Assembly (NCBI GenBank): GCA_951406725.2
Contig: OX597833.1
Location: 51,212,001-51,276,000, forward strand
Origin: Octopus vulgaris
Lineage: Eukaryota
Length of the DNA: 64,000 nucleotides
Direction: 5' to 3'
Below, one piece after another: positions 1 through 11,937 of this stretch. Numbering within the stretch: the first letter of the stretch is position 1; each line of letters opens with the position of its first letter. The notes beneath the pieces were generated by a model. That model was not told the DNA's origin. It was given only the letters and a program-made list of their open reading frames with translations, and ran no database searches. Position numbers and translations under genes: made by a program.

Positions 1-150
<150 letters not shown>

Positions 151-639
151 TATATATATGTTTATGTATTCGTACATGTATATATGTTTTTATCTATACA
201 TGGATGTACACATATATGCTTGTATATATGCATGTAAGTATGTCCGCATTTACGTTTGCATATTTGTACACAATATCTTTACAGAATGCAATTTCCTTTC
301 GATTATTATGAAACCTCTTCAGAGAATGCGAAAGAGTTTTTCTGATGCAGTATTTGAATGTTGGAGCCTACGTTATCAATAAATCCATAGTAAAGGAAGA
401 TACCATGGAAAATATCAACAGCTGGGAGTTTAGGGAATAATAACTATACAATTTTATACAACGGGAGAAGGGTATAATTCTCCCCAAAATATTTAAACAT
501 GATGTGCGATTAGTTAGATACGGCGATTAGTTATAAATGTAAGTTATAAGGAACATTTGACACAAAAAGGATCCAGTATTAAGAGGTCAGTGAGCTTAGA
601 GTAGCCTGTAGAAGTTATAAAGAAACACCTATCAGGAAC

Positions 640-751
<112 letters not shown>

Positions 752-763
752 TATTGGCGTGGG

Positions 764-1195
764 TTACTCTTTACTCGTTTCAGTCATTTGACTGAGGCCA
801 TGCTGGAGCACCGCCTTTTGTCGAGCAAATCGACTCCAGGACTTATTCTTTGTAAGCCTAGTACTTATTTTATCGGTCTCTTTTGCCGAACCGCTAAGTA
901 ATGGGGACGTAAACACACTACCATCGGTTGTCAAGTGATGTTGGGGGACGAATTCAGATACACAAACATACACACAATCACACACACACACACACATACA
1001 CACACACACAGATATATATATATATATATATACATATATACGACAGGCTTCTCTCAGTCCCCGTCTACTAAATCCACTCACAAAGCTTTGGTCGGCCCGA
1101 TTCTATAGTATAATTCACTTGCCCAAGGTACCACGCATTGGGACTGAACCCGTAACCTTGTGGTTTGTAAGCAAGCTACTTACCACACAGCCACT
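764..1195 (-). mobile_element. tRNA-derived SINE family A (CORE-like domain, internal microsatellite)
   Basis: The minus strand reads A-box-like TGGCTGTGTGG, B-box-like GGTTCAGTCC and CCTTGGGCAAGT (CORE-like), then an internal (TA)/(TG) tract and a tail ending (GTAAAAGA)n. More than 12 homologous copies occur in the window. Confidence 0.9.
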
Positions 1196-1274
1196 ATGCA
1201 TGTATTGTAATTTTTCCCTATATCGAGAGTCGATAACCTGAACGATAATCCGACCTTCATTTACCTAAGGTATA

Positions 1275-1362
1275 CTCGGCCTGATGAGCAGCTAGTACAG
1301 TTTCCCTCTTTGAGAAATTACTACTTCCGAGGCTCTGTTTGGTAGAAACATATGTAGCCTGG
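1275..1362 (+). ncRNA. Minimal type-I hammerhead ribozyme motif (Penelope-type)
   Basis: GGC-CTGATGA(1281-1287)...GAAA(1345-1348)-CATAT-GTA-GCC. Helix I is GGC/GCC, helix III is the palindrome ACATATGT and the cleavage triplet is GUA. Helix II is long and imperfect. Confidence 0.55.
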
Positions 1363-2091
1363 ATTTCACCTGCTCTATTTTGATATGTGCTCCATCATCA
1401 TGGTGGTGCTCCAGCGTGACCCCAGCTACCTGGCTGAAACACATAAAAGAATAAAAGAATATATACATATATAAATATATATATATATGTATGTATACAT
1501 CAATATTTATATATATATATCATATAATATTATATTATGTTTATCATATATGTTTATATATGCCTGTTTGTAGGTAGGTAGGTAGGTAGGTAGGTAGTAG
1601 GTATGTATGTATGTAGGTAGGTAGGTAGGTAGGTAGGTAGGTAGGTAGGTAGGTAGGTAGGTAGGTATATGTAATTGAGAATCCTTCGTTCGAAATAATT
1701 GGGACTTAGTGTTTCAGATTTCAGATTTCAGGTTTCGGATTTTAGATTTTATACATGCATCGATAAAATATGACAACTTGGCTGGAACACATTATCCTTT
1801 TCCATTTCTTAAAACAACTTCTACATATACTTCGGAAGTTGTTTTATAAAAGTTTGGCGTACATCCAGGTTTCGAAAGGCATGTAAGTTTTACTTTGGAC
1901 ATGTTTAACTTATCGCCAAATAAATCATCCAAGAGATCCGCTTTCATCCCAGTTTGCAACACATCACTTTACACGCGTTTACGCTTTTCTGTTAAGATCG
2001 CTCGTTTATAGTACAACATTACCTTCGAATACTACGCGCGTTTTCAGGAAATTCTCCATTTGTGGAGCTGATCCCACTTAAAAGAAAAGCA

Positions 2092-2098
2092 AATGATA

Positions 2099-2167
<69 letters not shown>

Positions 2168-2233
2168 GTGGTGATGATGATGATAATGATGATAATGATG
2201 ATGATGATGATGATCAAGATGATGATGATGATG

Positions 2234-2264
<31 letters not shown>

Positions 2265-2283
2265 CAACAACAACAACAACAAC

Positions 2284-2341
<58 letters not shown>

Positions 2342-2424
2342 TAATAATAATAATAATAAGAAGAAGAAGAAGAAGAAGAAGATAATAAGAATGATAATAA
2401 TAGTAATAATAATAATAATAATAA
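2092..2424. repeat. Compound trinucleotide microsatellite (GAT)n-(AAT)n-(AAC)n-(AAT)n-(AAG)n
   Basis: Read directly from the sequence. Confidence 0.97.
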
Positions 2425-2571
2425 GTGTCACGTTGATGGAATGTACTGCTCTCTCACTCAATAATAAATAATAATACCCCTTTTCAGATGGGTAGTCATA
2501 TTGGGTATACTGGGTTTCGTATATCTGCACCCCCAGTGTCACTTTAATGGCATGCACTCCACTCTCACTCA
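2425..2571 (+). mobile_element. Two tandem 5'-truncated retroposon 3' ends with (AAT)n tail
   Basis: 2425-2460 and 2475-2571 both end in CTCTCACTCAAT. Both are homologous to 47975-48091. Confidence 0.65.
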
Positions 2572-2666
2572 ATGATAACGATGATGGTGATGATGATGAT
2601 GATGATGATGATGATGACGATTATGGTGATGATGATGATGACGATGACGATGATGATGATGATGAC

Positions 2667-2702
<36 letters not shown>

Positions 2703-3231
2703 GATAAATGAATAAATAAATAGATACGGATTTTGGAGTTGCTCATATCGTGTAACTTCGATTAAAGGATCACTCACACATGTACACACACACGCACGCA
2801 CTGATGCAAGCATCCACACACACACACACACATACACAAACACACACACACGCGCACATATATGTTCATATATACAAATACGCACACATACACACGCACA
2901 TGTGTGTGTGTGGGTGGGTGTGTGTTTGTGTGTCTGGGATATTCAGCTCTGTTTATATGTGTGCGCGTCTGTGCCTGTGTGACTGTGCACTGCGAGCGTT
3001 ACTCGACAGCGCTGAGCTAATAGATTGTATCATAAAAGTCACAGAGTGTGAACCTTTTCGTGAAAAGACATGACCTTGTATAAAATTTCTGAGAACTTGG
3101 CACAAAGCTCAGGCCTACCACTATAAACATTCACGCATGCATTCACCGTTAAATATTCACACACATACACACAGACACAGACATACATACATACATACAT
3201 ACATACATACATACATACATACATACATACA

Positions 3232-3338
<107 letters not shown>

Positions 3339-3711
3339 TATATAAGTGGTAAACGAATTATCAGCCGTACAGGCAAATTAATAAAATATATAGATACAAT
3401 ATTAGATATGTACTTATATACACAAGGGTACTACATGAGTACCTATATCGCTAATGATAGAAGTCAAAAAATACTTCTGTACCACCGAATAATCATATAT
3501 ATATATGTATAATTGTATATATGTGTGTGTGTATTTAGGTATGTATGAATGTATGTTTAGTTGCTAATTTTGTACAAGATATTGTAGATCTTTAGCTGGG
3601 CTAAAAAGTCACATTCGATCACAGCACAAATAACAGTTAAGCTTCGTGCAATGGCCATACTCGATAACGAGGGGGCAGCCATAATAATGTATGTATGTAT
3701 GTATGTATGTA

Positions 3712-4119
3712 TACTCTTTTTTTTTACTCTTTTTACTTGTTTCAGTCATTTGACTGCAGCCATGCTGGAGCACCGCCTTTAATCGAGCAACTCGACCGCG
3801 GGACTTATTCTTTTTGTAAGCCCAGTACTTATTCTATCGGTCTCTTTTGCCGAACCACTAAGTAACGGGGACATAAACACACCAGCATCGGTTGTCAAGT
3901 AATGCTAGGGGGACAAACACAGACACACATACACATATATACATATACATATATACGACAGGCTTCTTTCAGTTTCCGTCTACCAAATCCACTCACAAGG
4001 CATTGGTCGGCCCGAGGCTATAGTAGAAGACACTTGCCCAAGGTGCCACGCAGTGGGACTAAACCCGGAACCATGTGGTTGGTAAGCAAGCTACTTACCA
4101 CACAGCCACTCCTGCGCCT
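3712..4119 (-). mobile_element. SINE family A, full length
   Basis: Complete from the head (AGGCGCAGGAGTGGCTGTGTGG on minus) to the tail. Confidence 0.92.
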
Positions 4120-4184
4120 GTATGCATGCATGTATGTATATACATCTCTATCTAGCTAGCGATCGATCGATCGGTTGATCTATA

Positions 4185-4409
4185 TACGGAGTGGTGTTGA
4201 AATGTTCCTGGCTCTGGGTAAAAGAGGTTAGAGAAAGATCAGTTAATTATGAATTTATTCAACATATTCTTCCTTGATTAAGATTCATACACTTATTGCA
4301 GTGGTCCTTCGGGTTCTCTAAGCCCTTTGAAAGAACTTGGAATGTTGGGCCTCCAGCTAGGCCTTTCGTGACACCCTTAATTCCAGAAACTTTCCAGGAT
4401 CTACTCGTA
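4185..4409. mobile_element. Mariner-type MITE (~220 bp, degenerate TIRs, TA ends)
   Basis: TACGGAGTGGTGTTGAAAATGTTCCTGG...CCAGAAACTTTCCAGGATCTACTCGTA. A homologous copy lies at 59782-60001. Confidence 0.65.
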
Positions 4410-4425
4410 TGTATGCGTGTTTATC

Positions 4426-4471
<46 letters not shown>

Positions 4472-4498
4472 CATGTGTGTCACAGTTTTGATAATTTT

Positions 4499-4914
4499 GA
4501 GTGGCTGTGTGGTAAGTAGCTTGCTAACCAACCACATGGTTGCGGGTTCAGCCCCACTGCGTGGCATCTTGGGCAAGCGTCTTCTGCTATAGCCCCGGGC
4601 CGACCAATGCCTTGTGAGTGGATTTGGTAGACGGAAAATGAAAGAAGCCTGTCGTATATATGTATATTTATATATGTGTGTGTATGTGTGTTTATGTTTG
4701 TGTGTTTGTCCCCCTAGCATTGCTTGACAACCGATGCTGGTGTGTTTACGTCCCCGTCACTTAGCGGTTCGGCAAAAGAGAACCGATAGAATAAGTACTG
4801 GGCTTACAAAGAATAAGTCCCGGGGTCGATTTGCTCGACTAAAAGGTGGTGCTCCAGCATGGCCGCAGTCAAAATGACTGAAACAAGTAAAAGAGTAAAA
4901 GAGTTAAAAAGAGT
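4499..4914 (+). mobile_element. SINE family A
   Basis: Head, CORE-like domain, internal microsatellite and tail are all present. Confidence 0.92.
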
Positions 4915-6586
4915 ATATGTTTCTATATGTGGTACCCAGCAACCAGTTCGATCTGTACGATAGATGGACAGATTAATGGCAAATTGATAGATAGCTCGAT
5001 CGATCGATGGATATATATATAGAGAGAGAAACGTTAAAAAAAAAGAAAGAGAAGAAAGTAGAGAGAGAAAAAAGCTAACTGAATGCAAACATCTAAAACT
5101 CAGATTATCTTTCATTCCATTTCGGTTCATAATATTTTTACTTCATCCATTTCATATCATTTAATTTCAATTGAAAGCCGAAGATAAAGTTACTAAAACC
5201 AAGATAAAATACGAAATAGGTGACTATATTTGATTAGATGTGATAATTCTAACCGAGGGCAATTAATGTTGATTTCTAAATTGCTTCGGCAAGATGATAT
5301 CTAATAAACAAAAAAAAATAAAAGTGTTTAATAATAAAAAGTTATATCAAAAAACGGTTTTTGAAATTTGATAAATGCAATTCCAAGCATGTATGCCTTT
5401 TCTTTTTTTTTCTATTTTTTTTTTTTTCTATTTTATTCATTTTTATTATTGCTTCTATATTTTTTTCACTTATTTCTATTGATTACTGGCACATTCCATA
5501 AGTGGGATTTAACAGAATAATCTTTCTGGAAATATATTTCAATTCACACAGAAACTGTATTAGCTTACTAAGCTGTGGAAAACGATTAAACGAAATTGGT
5601 AACTAATTTCAAGCAAAATAGAAAAATAAATACAAATAGGCAGGAAATCGATTAATATTGTCGCTGATTTGTAAAGAGGGGGAAAAAAAGAAAAGAAAAG
5701 AAGCGTTTACTTCGGAGAGAACGCCATCTTGGATTTACAGTATAGAGCGGGAAGCTGCCAAACTACTGTTAAAACAGATGGATTTAAAATATGAACCGCC
5801 TTAAATCTCAGCTGACACCATCGACGACGAAATATGTAAGCATAAAGGAGGTATCTTAGGCATTGCACACGTCCTTCTCTCTCAGAATATTGTTGCATCA
5901 GTAAGAAAAATGTTTCCTACGCAATGTGTGTCAGCGAAAAGCAATAAAGAGAAATTCTATTTAATTCTGTTCGTATTAGATTCCATTATAGAATGTAATA
6001 TTCCTACATTAAGGTTTTATTTACTTTGCCAAAAGATTTCGGTAAATACATTGCTATACTTTATTCCTAGAATGAATTTATGCTGAGGCACATCGACACA
6101 AAAGCCTTGATAATTTCTGTAGATAGACATTTCCGATCGTGGAATTTACTCAAGTATCATAAAATATCATTTCTTTATTGTGTGGACGACAAAACCGATA
6201 AAGAAAAACAGTTATTGCATTTACGCAGATGTAGTGAATAAGACTAAAGATAAATACATTATTTTCAGTCAGATAATAGAATATATATTAGGTTTACATA
6301 TAAACAAGAAACTGTTTATTCCTTTTCAAATTTATGGATATTTACGTTTATTTTGTTTTTGGCTTTTATAATCGTGCATCTGATAGAACAAAGACGGTAT
6401 CTATAGGCTCTTTATTTTCTGGTTGTTAGTTTGCATTTCAAACTCGTTGCGAGACAAGAATAATATAAAGTGTAGTACAGTGTTTGGTTGTATAGTGAAC
6501 TGTGTTTTGGTAAGAAGTTTTAGAAAGCTAAAATCCTACTGAATTAAGATTTTAAAAAAAAGTACACAGAAATAGTTCTATATTTA

Positions 6587-6745
6587 AGAGATGAGGAATT
6601 ATGTACATTATTTACATTTGACAGATATTTGTCCTCATCTTGTTTGTTGTTAACACAACGTTTCGGCTGATATACTCTCCAGCCTCCATCCGGTGTCTTG
6701 GGGGAAATTTCGAACCTGGGTTCTCATTCCTACGTATTTTTTCAA
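6587..6745 (-). mobile_element. Short repeat carrying a degenerate hammerhead motif (6653-6696)
   Basis: Minus strand: ACAC-CGGATGG-A-GGCTG-loop-CAGCC-GAAA-C-GTT-GTGT. Helices I and II pair perfectly; the core differs from CTGATGA at two positions. Element boundaries are approximate. Confidence 0.55.
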
Positions 6746-6761
6746 TGTTGTTTCTCTTTCT

Positions 6762-7140
6762 ACTCTTTTACTCTTTTTCTTGTTTCAGTCATTTGACTGT
6801 GGCCATCCTGGAGCACTGCCTTTAGTCGAGCAAATCGACCCCAGGACTTATTCTTTGTAAGCCTAGTACTTATTCTATCGGTCTCTTTTGCTGAACCGCT
6901 AAGTTACGGGGACGTAAACCCACCAGCATCGGTTGTCAAGCGATGTTGGGGGAACAAACACAGACACACAAACACACACACACACATACACATATACATA
7001 TATATACATATACATATATACGCCAGGCTTCTTTCAATTTCCGTCTACCAAATCTACTCACAAGGCTTTGGTCGGCCCGAATCTATAGTAGAAGACACTT
7101 GCCCAAGGTGCCACGCAGTGGGACTGAACCCGGAACTATG
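6762..7140 (-). mobile_element. SINE family A, head truncated
   Basis: Homology to the other A copies. Confidence 0.9.
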
Positions 7141-7924
7141 CCATTAAGTAAACGCGTCATTGCTAATGTGACATCCAGGTAGTTAATACCGATCGCTCTT
7201 ATTTGTATGGTTAATCCTGTGACTGATATCGAAATGACTATGATTCGTGCCATTTGAACTGTGTGTGATATTTGTGGTTCATGAAGGGAATGCCCTTTTA
7301 TCAACATCAGTAAATGATTGGCAATATTTCACAATTACTAGACGCTTAGTCATTTGGGTATGAGTTGAACCATCTATTTTTTTTTCTCTCCCCTTTTGCT
7401 GACGTTGAAGGTTTGTCATATTTGATTCTCCTTGCATTACAGTTTTTCTTTAATTTCCCTTTTCTTTTGACCCATCATTGTTTAGCCTGAGATCAGTCTT
7501 TACCGAACAAGAATTTCATTAAAAGCATTCCAGGTGTATCTTCTTCTTTATGCAGCTATTCTGTGTCTACGTGAAAATACAGGTGACCTAGTGAGTAAGG
7601 TATGGAGTACACAGTCATAACATCACTGGTTCGATTCTTGACCTAGGCGATACTTTGTATCTTTGAGTAAGGCACATCCTTTCAAGTTGCTTTCTTCTGC
7701 TCAGTAGACCTAATACTCAATAGTCCTAATGAGCGCCAACCTAATACTGGCACAGGCATCTTTCCGTCCAACTGTCAGATTTTCGATTTTCTGCAGGGTC
7801 AAGGGCGGTAGGGCCGAAAGAGCGGGTCCGCTTGCCACAACATACGCAACAGTTTGATACACGCAGCTAGGCGGTACTCGCTTCCGAGTGGAGTGACGAC
7901 TATGCATAGACATTTGTATAAATA

Positions 7925-8422
7925 CTGTAAATCCTCGAGTATAATCCGCATTTTTTCCTCAAAATTTAAAGGTCAAATAGTGCGTACTATATACGAGGTT
8001 AAAAATGAAAAATATTTCCTAAGCAATGTCCGAGTCTCTATTTCCTGCCCGGCAATGTTTATTCAGACGCATTTTGTGATGTCGGGAGTGAAAATACCTT
8101 AAGCTAAGCCTGAAAGCAATGAAGTCATAAAAGAATCATCCATAACTTTTAGTAAGCAACATTTATTAAAATAAAAGTATTCAGCAAAAACAATTTGCAA
8201 ATATATTTACATTCCCATATAACAGTTAAGAACATCACCATTATTGTATTACGCATGTGCGGAAGTGTTTGTTCGACTAGGTGCTGCTGGCTTAATTACG
8301 CAAGATTTAAGTTAGAGAAGGGGGGCGTATTATACAAAAGGTTTAGGTTTTTCAGAAGTACAGCCCGCTAAAAATCCTCTGCGTATTATACTCAAGGGCG
8401 GACTATACTCGAGGATTTACGG
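7925..8422. mobile_element. Tc2/pogo-like non-autonomous DNA transposon (MITE)
   Basis: TIRs CTGTAAATCCTCGAGTATAATCCGC / GCGGACTATACTCGAGGATTTACGG, TA on both sides, and subterminal GCGTATTATAC-like repeats. Confidence 0.85.
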
Positions 8423-9305
8423 TATATAGAATAAACCTTGTATAAATATACAGCGTGGTTGGATATGTTCTTTTCAAAGGATACATTCTGCAATATTTTT
8501 GACTAAGTATTTTTACTGAATGTGATTAGTTATAATTTCTATTGTGTAGAAATGCTATGGAGGTATATTGTTTAGATGTATAATAAGAAGCCTTCTTCCT
8601 ACATTGTATATAGAATGCATAATACATAACATGATATTTGAAATATTTCCGAAGCTTAAGTAAGTTTTGCTGATAATTTTTTATTCTAATTCTCTGTATA
8701 TTACTACCAGAAGTTTCTTGAATGTATTGGCGGCTTTTATAACCGGAGATTATCAACCCATAATCTCTGTACATTACTATTTCTTATGACGCGGATCCTT
8801 TTGGGCTGTTGCCATGATGTACAGGACCATCAAATAGCATACTCTTAGTCAAGATCATTGCTTGTTATGTTGATGTTGAAGGGCTCTCACCTTCTTATTT
8901 AAAAGATTTCATAGTAGAAGTGAAATTATTAAAATGTATTATAACATTAATGTCAAAATCATTAATCGGGAAAACAAAAATAAAATTTATAGAGGAATGA
9001 GTTTTGTAACAGACGGATAACATTGTACTCAATCGAAATGGATAGACTGTATGCCACACTCTTAGATATCCGAAGCGTTGTTTTTCCCTAAATAAAGAAC
9101 CCGGGGTTTCTTTAATTATTAGAATACCGGTGTGTTATAGCATATTAATCTACAATTCGTATATCTGTTCGTATATTAATCTGCAATTTTGATTTACTAA
9201 GAAGTCATTTTTTTTTTGTTTTGTTATCTTTCAATGTTATATAAGGCTAGCAGATAGCAAAGTACTATCACCCAATTTTTTAAAACTGAATCGTTAGTAT
9301 CTGTA

Positions 9306-9693
9306 GAGCTGGCAGAAACGTTAGCACGCTGGGCGAAATGCTTAGCGGTATTTCGTCTGTCTATAATGTTCTGAGTTCAAATTCCGCCGAGGTCGACTTT
9401 GCCTTTCATCCTTTCGGGGTCGATAAATTAAGTACCATCTACGCACTGGGGTCGATATAATCGACTTAATCTGTTTGTCTGTCCTTGTTTGTCCCCTCTA
9501 TGTTTAGCCCCCTGTGGGTAGTAAAGAAATAGGTATTTCGTCTGTCTATATGTTCTGAGTCCAAATTCCGCCGCGGTTGACTTTGCCTTTCATTCTTTCG
9601 GGGGGGGGGGCGATAAATTGCGTACTGGTGTCGATCTAATCGACTGGCCGCTTTCTCCAACATTTCAGGCCTTGTGCCTTGAGTAGAAAAGAA
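9306..9693 (+). mobile_element. tRNA-derived SINE family B, dimeric (tail-1 unit + tail-2 unit)
   Basis: Head GAGCTGGCAGAAACGTTAGCACG, B-box GAGTTCAAATTC, core GCCTTTCATCCTTTCGGGGTCGATAAATTAAGTACC, and internal junction AAGAAATAGGTATTTCG. Confidence 0.88.
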
Positions 9694-10440
9694 TGCTGAA
9701 GTATGCTTTACATCTTGTTAGATTTTGTAAATTTTATGCAATATCATTTGAGTTTTTCAAATATGTGGTTGTTGCCTGTTTTGAATAGGGTTGCCGTTTC
9801 GTAATTTATATTAAATTTCCTCAAAGTTGCTATAAACAGCCACCCAATATTGGACACCTAGTTAATCGCTTGACCTAGTCATCCTAGTTTAGGCATCCCA
9901 GCTTTGTCAGTCATCCTAGTCTAGTCATCCGAGGCATGATTTTCCTTCAAGCTGCTTAGCTGTATGAATTTAAACACAACTTGTACTTAATTGATTACCT
10001 AACTAATCGAGAGAGAGGACCTTTAAAAGTGTCAGCAAAAAATCCATCATTGTTCTTTGAATTATATATGAAAGTAAAACAAAAACACTACAACTTGGTG
10101 TAAAAAAAAATTACTGAAATATTTTATAAAAGATTGATGCTTATGTTACGTTTACAAATCTATACACATGAAACAAAATGGACGCAGCCGCAACAGAATG
10201 AGTGACTAAGACATGATGTATTGGCCAAATAAGAAACTATATAGATAATTATATACAGAATTAAATGCATAAATATCCAGAGTAAAAGTATATTAATAAA
10301 TATACGTGAGCAAATAGTTGCGTATTTACACTAGAGAAATCCATTTCTCTATGCGCTGAATTGTTCAAATATACATTTGCATAAGTTATTTTGTCAAGCA
10401 AATACAATTTGCTATACAGTGTCGTTATTATATAATAAGA

Positions 10441-10817
10441 CTATCAATATCGACCGGCGTTGCTCGGGTTTGTTTCGACCCTTTAGAATTGGAATTTTTG
10501 AAAAGTAAAACTTTTGCATCATGTAGCTTGTTATTCTCTTTAAGTGAACATTTTTCTGGTTGAAATACACCGAAAACTGGCGACACAGTAGTCAAAAAAT
10601 CGTAAAAGATAGGGATTTTCATAGAAAAAAAGTACTTTTTTGATGTAAATAGTTTTTGGCGTTAACATGGTCCGATTTCTACGATAGAAAGAGCAAACCT
10701 TCTTCTATCATACTCTCAATTTTGGTCAACTTGTGCCGCAGGGTCTCGGAGGAGATAGTGTTAGTTGAAGGCTACCAAACCTGCCATACACAGACAACTT
10801 CAGATTTATATATATAA
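10441..10817 (-). mobile_element. Non-autonomous Helitron
   Basis: The minus-strand 3' end CCCGAGCAACGCCGGTCGATATTGATAG matches the hairpin+CTAG end of the copy at 59208-59576. Confidence 0.7.
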
Positions 10818-11228
10818 AGGAGTGGCTGTGTGGTAAGTAGCTTGCTTACCAGCCACATGGTTCCGGGTTCAGTCCCACTGCGTGGCATCTTGGGAAAGTG
10901 TCTTCTACTATAGCCTCGGGCCGACCAAAGCCTTGTGAGTGGATTTGGTAGACGGAAACTGAAAGAAGCCCGTAGTATATATGTATATATATATATATAT
11001 ATGTGTGTGTGTATGTTTGTGTGTCTGCGTTTGTCCCCCTAGCATTGCTTGACAACCGATGCTGGTGTGTTTATGTCGCCGTCACTTAGCGGTTCGGCAA
11101 AACAGACCGATAGAATAAGTACTTGGCTTACAAAGAATAAGTCCCGGGGTCGATTTGATTCGACTAAGGGCGGTGCTCCAGCATGGCCGCAGTCAAAGGA
11201 CTGAAACAAGTAAAAGAGTAAAAGAGAG
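10818..11228 (+). mobile_element. SINE family A
   Basis: Full head-to-tail homology. Confidence 0.92.
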
Positions 11229-11884
11229 AGTTGTTAATCATAATATTCATCGTCATCATCATCATCAGCAGCATCACCACAGCATCACCACCACCACCAT
11301 TCTGAGTTCAAATGAACCAAAGTCGACTTTACCTCTTATCATTTTGTGTCGATAACACAAGTACTAGTTACGTACTTGAGCCGATTAAATTGACTCATCC
11401 TTACCTTGGAAAATGCAGTTCTATACTAATCATGTAAACTATTTCATAAGACATTTCCCGTCTTAATCTCTCTCTTTACTTCTTACTGTATTCACATCAA
11501 TGCTTGTCCTCTTCTCTTCTCTGTGTATTATTTCTAGTCCTAGTCATTTTCTATAAATCTCATAACGCTCAAAGTAATATATTATCTCCTTTCCAATAAC
11601 GCATGTGTATATACGCTAAAAATAACGAAATAAAAATATTCTTGAAAACATATACAAATTCATCTGAAGCATTTGAAATGCTTCGAAAGCAACTCGATAC
11701 GGATCATCTTCTAAAGCTCCGCCTGTGTACAGTAAGAAGAATATAATTCTTATCTGTGTACATATATCATCACTTCTACTATTATACACTATACATAATA
11801 GCAATAGTTGTGAAATAATTCTTTTGTAGGACAGTAAAACTCGTAGCTAAAAGATTTATGGCGTCTTCCATATGTTATATTATG

Positions 11885-11936
<52 letters not shown>

Positions 11937-11937
<1 letters not shown>

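Noticed and set aside
1760-2060. Possible very old mariner fragment on minus (DKLNMSKV-like peptide)
   Set aside because: Only one short motif is recognisable, which is not enough without a profile search.
3902-4159. Recurrent peptide RQASFSFRLPNPLTR...RRHLPKVPRSGTEPGTMW in many ORFs
   Set aside because: Antisense translation of SINE-A, not a gene family.
5700-5860. GC-richer island with CGCCATCTTG (YY1-like) and a GTAAG donor-like site
   Set aside because: No recognisable protein, no partner exon and only a single motif.
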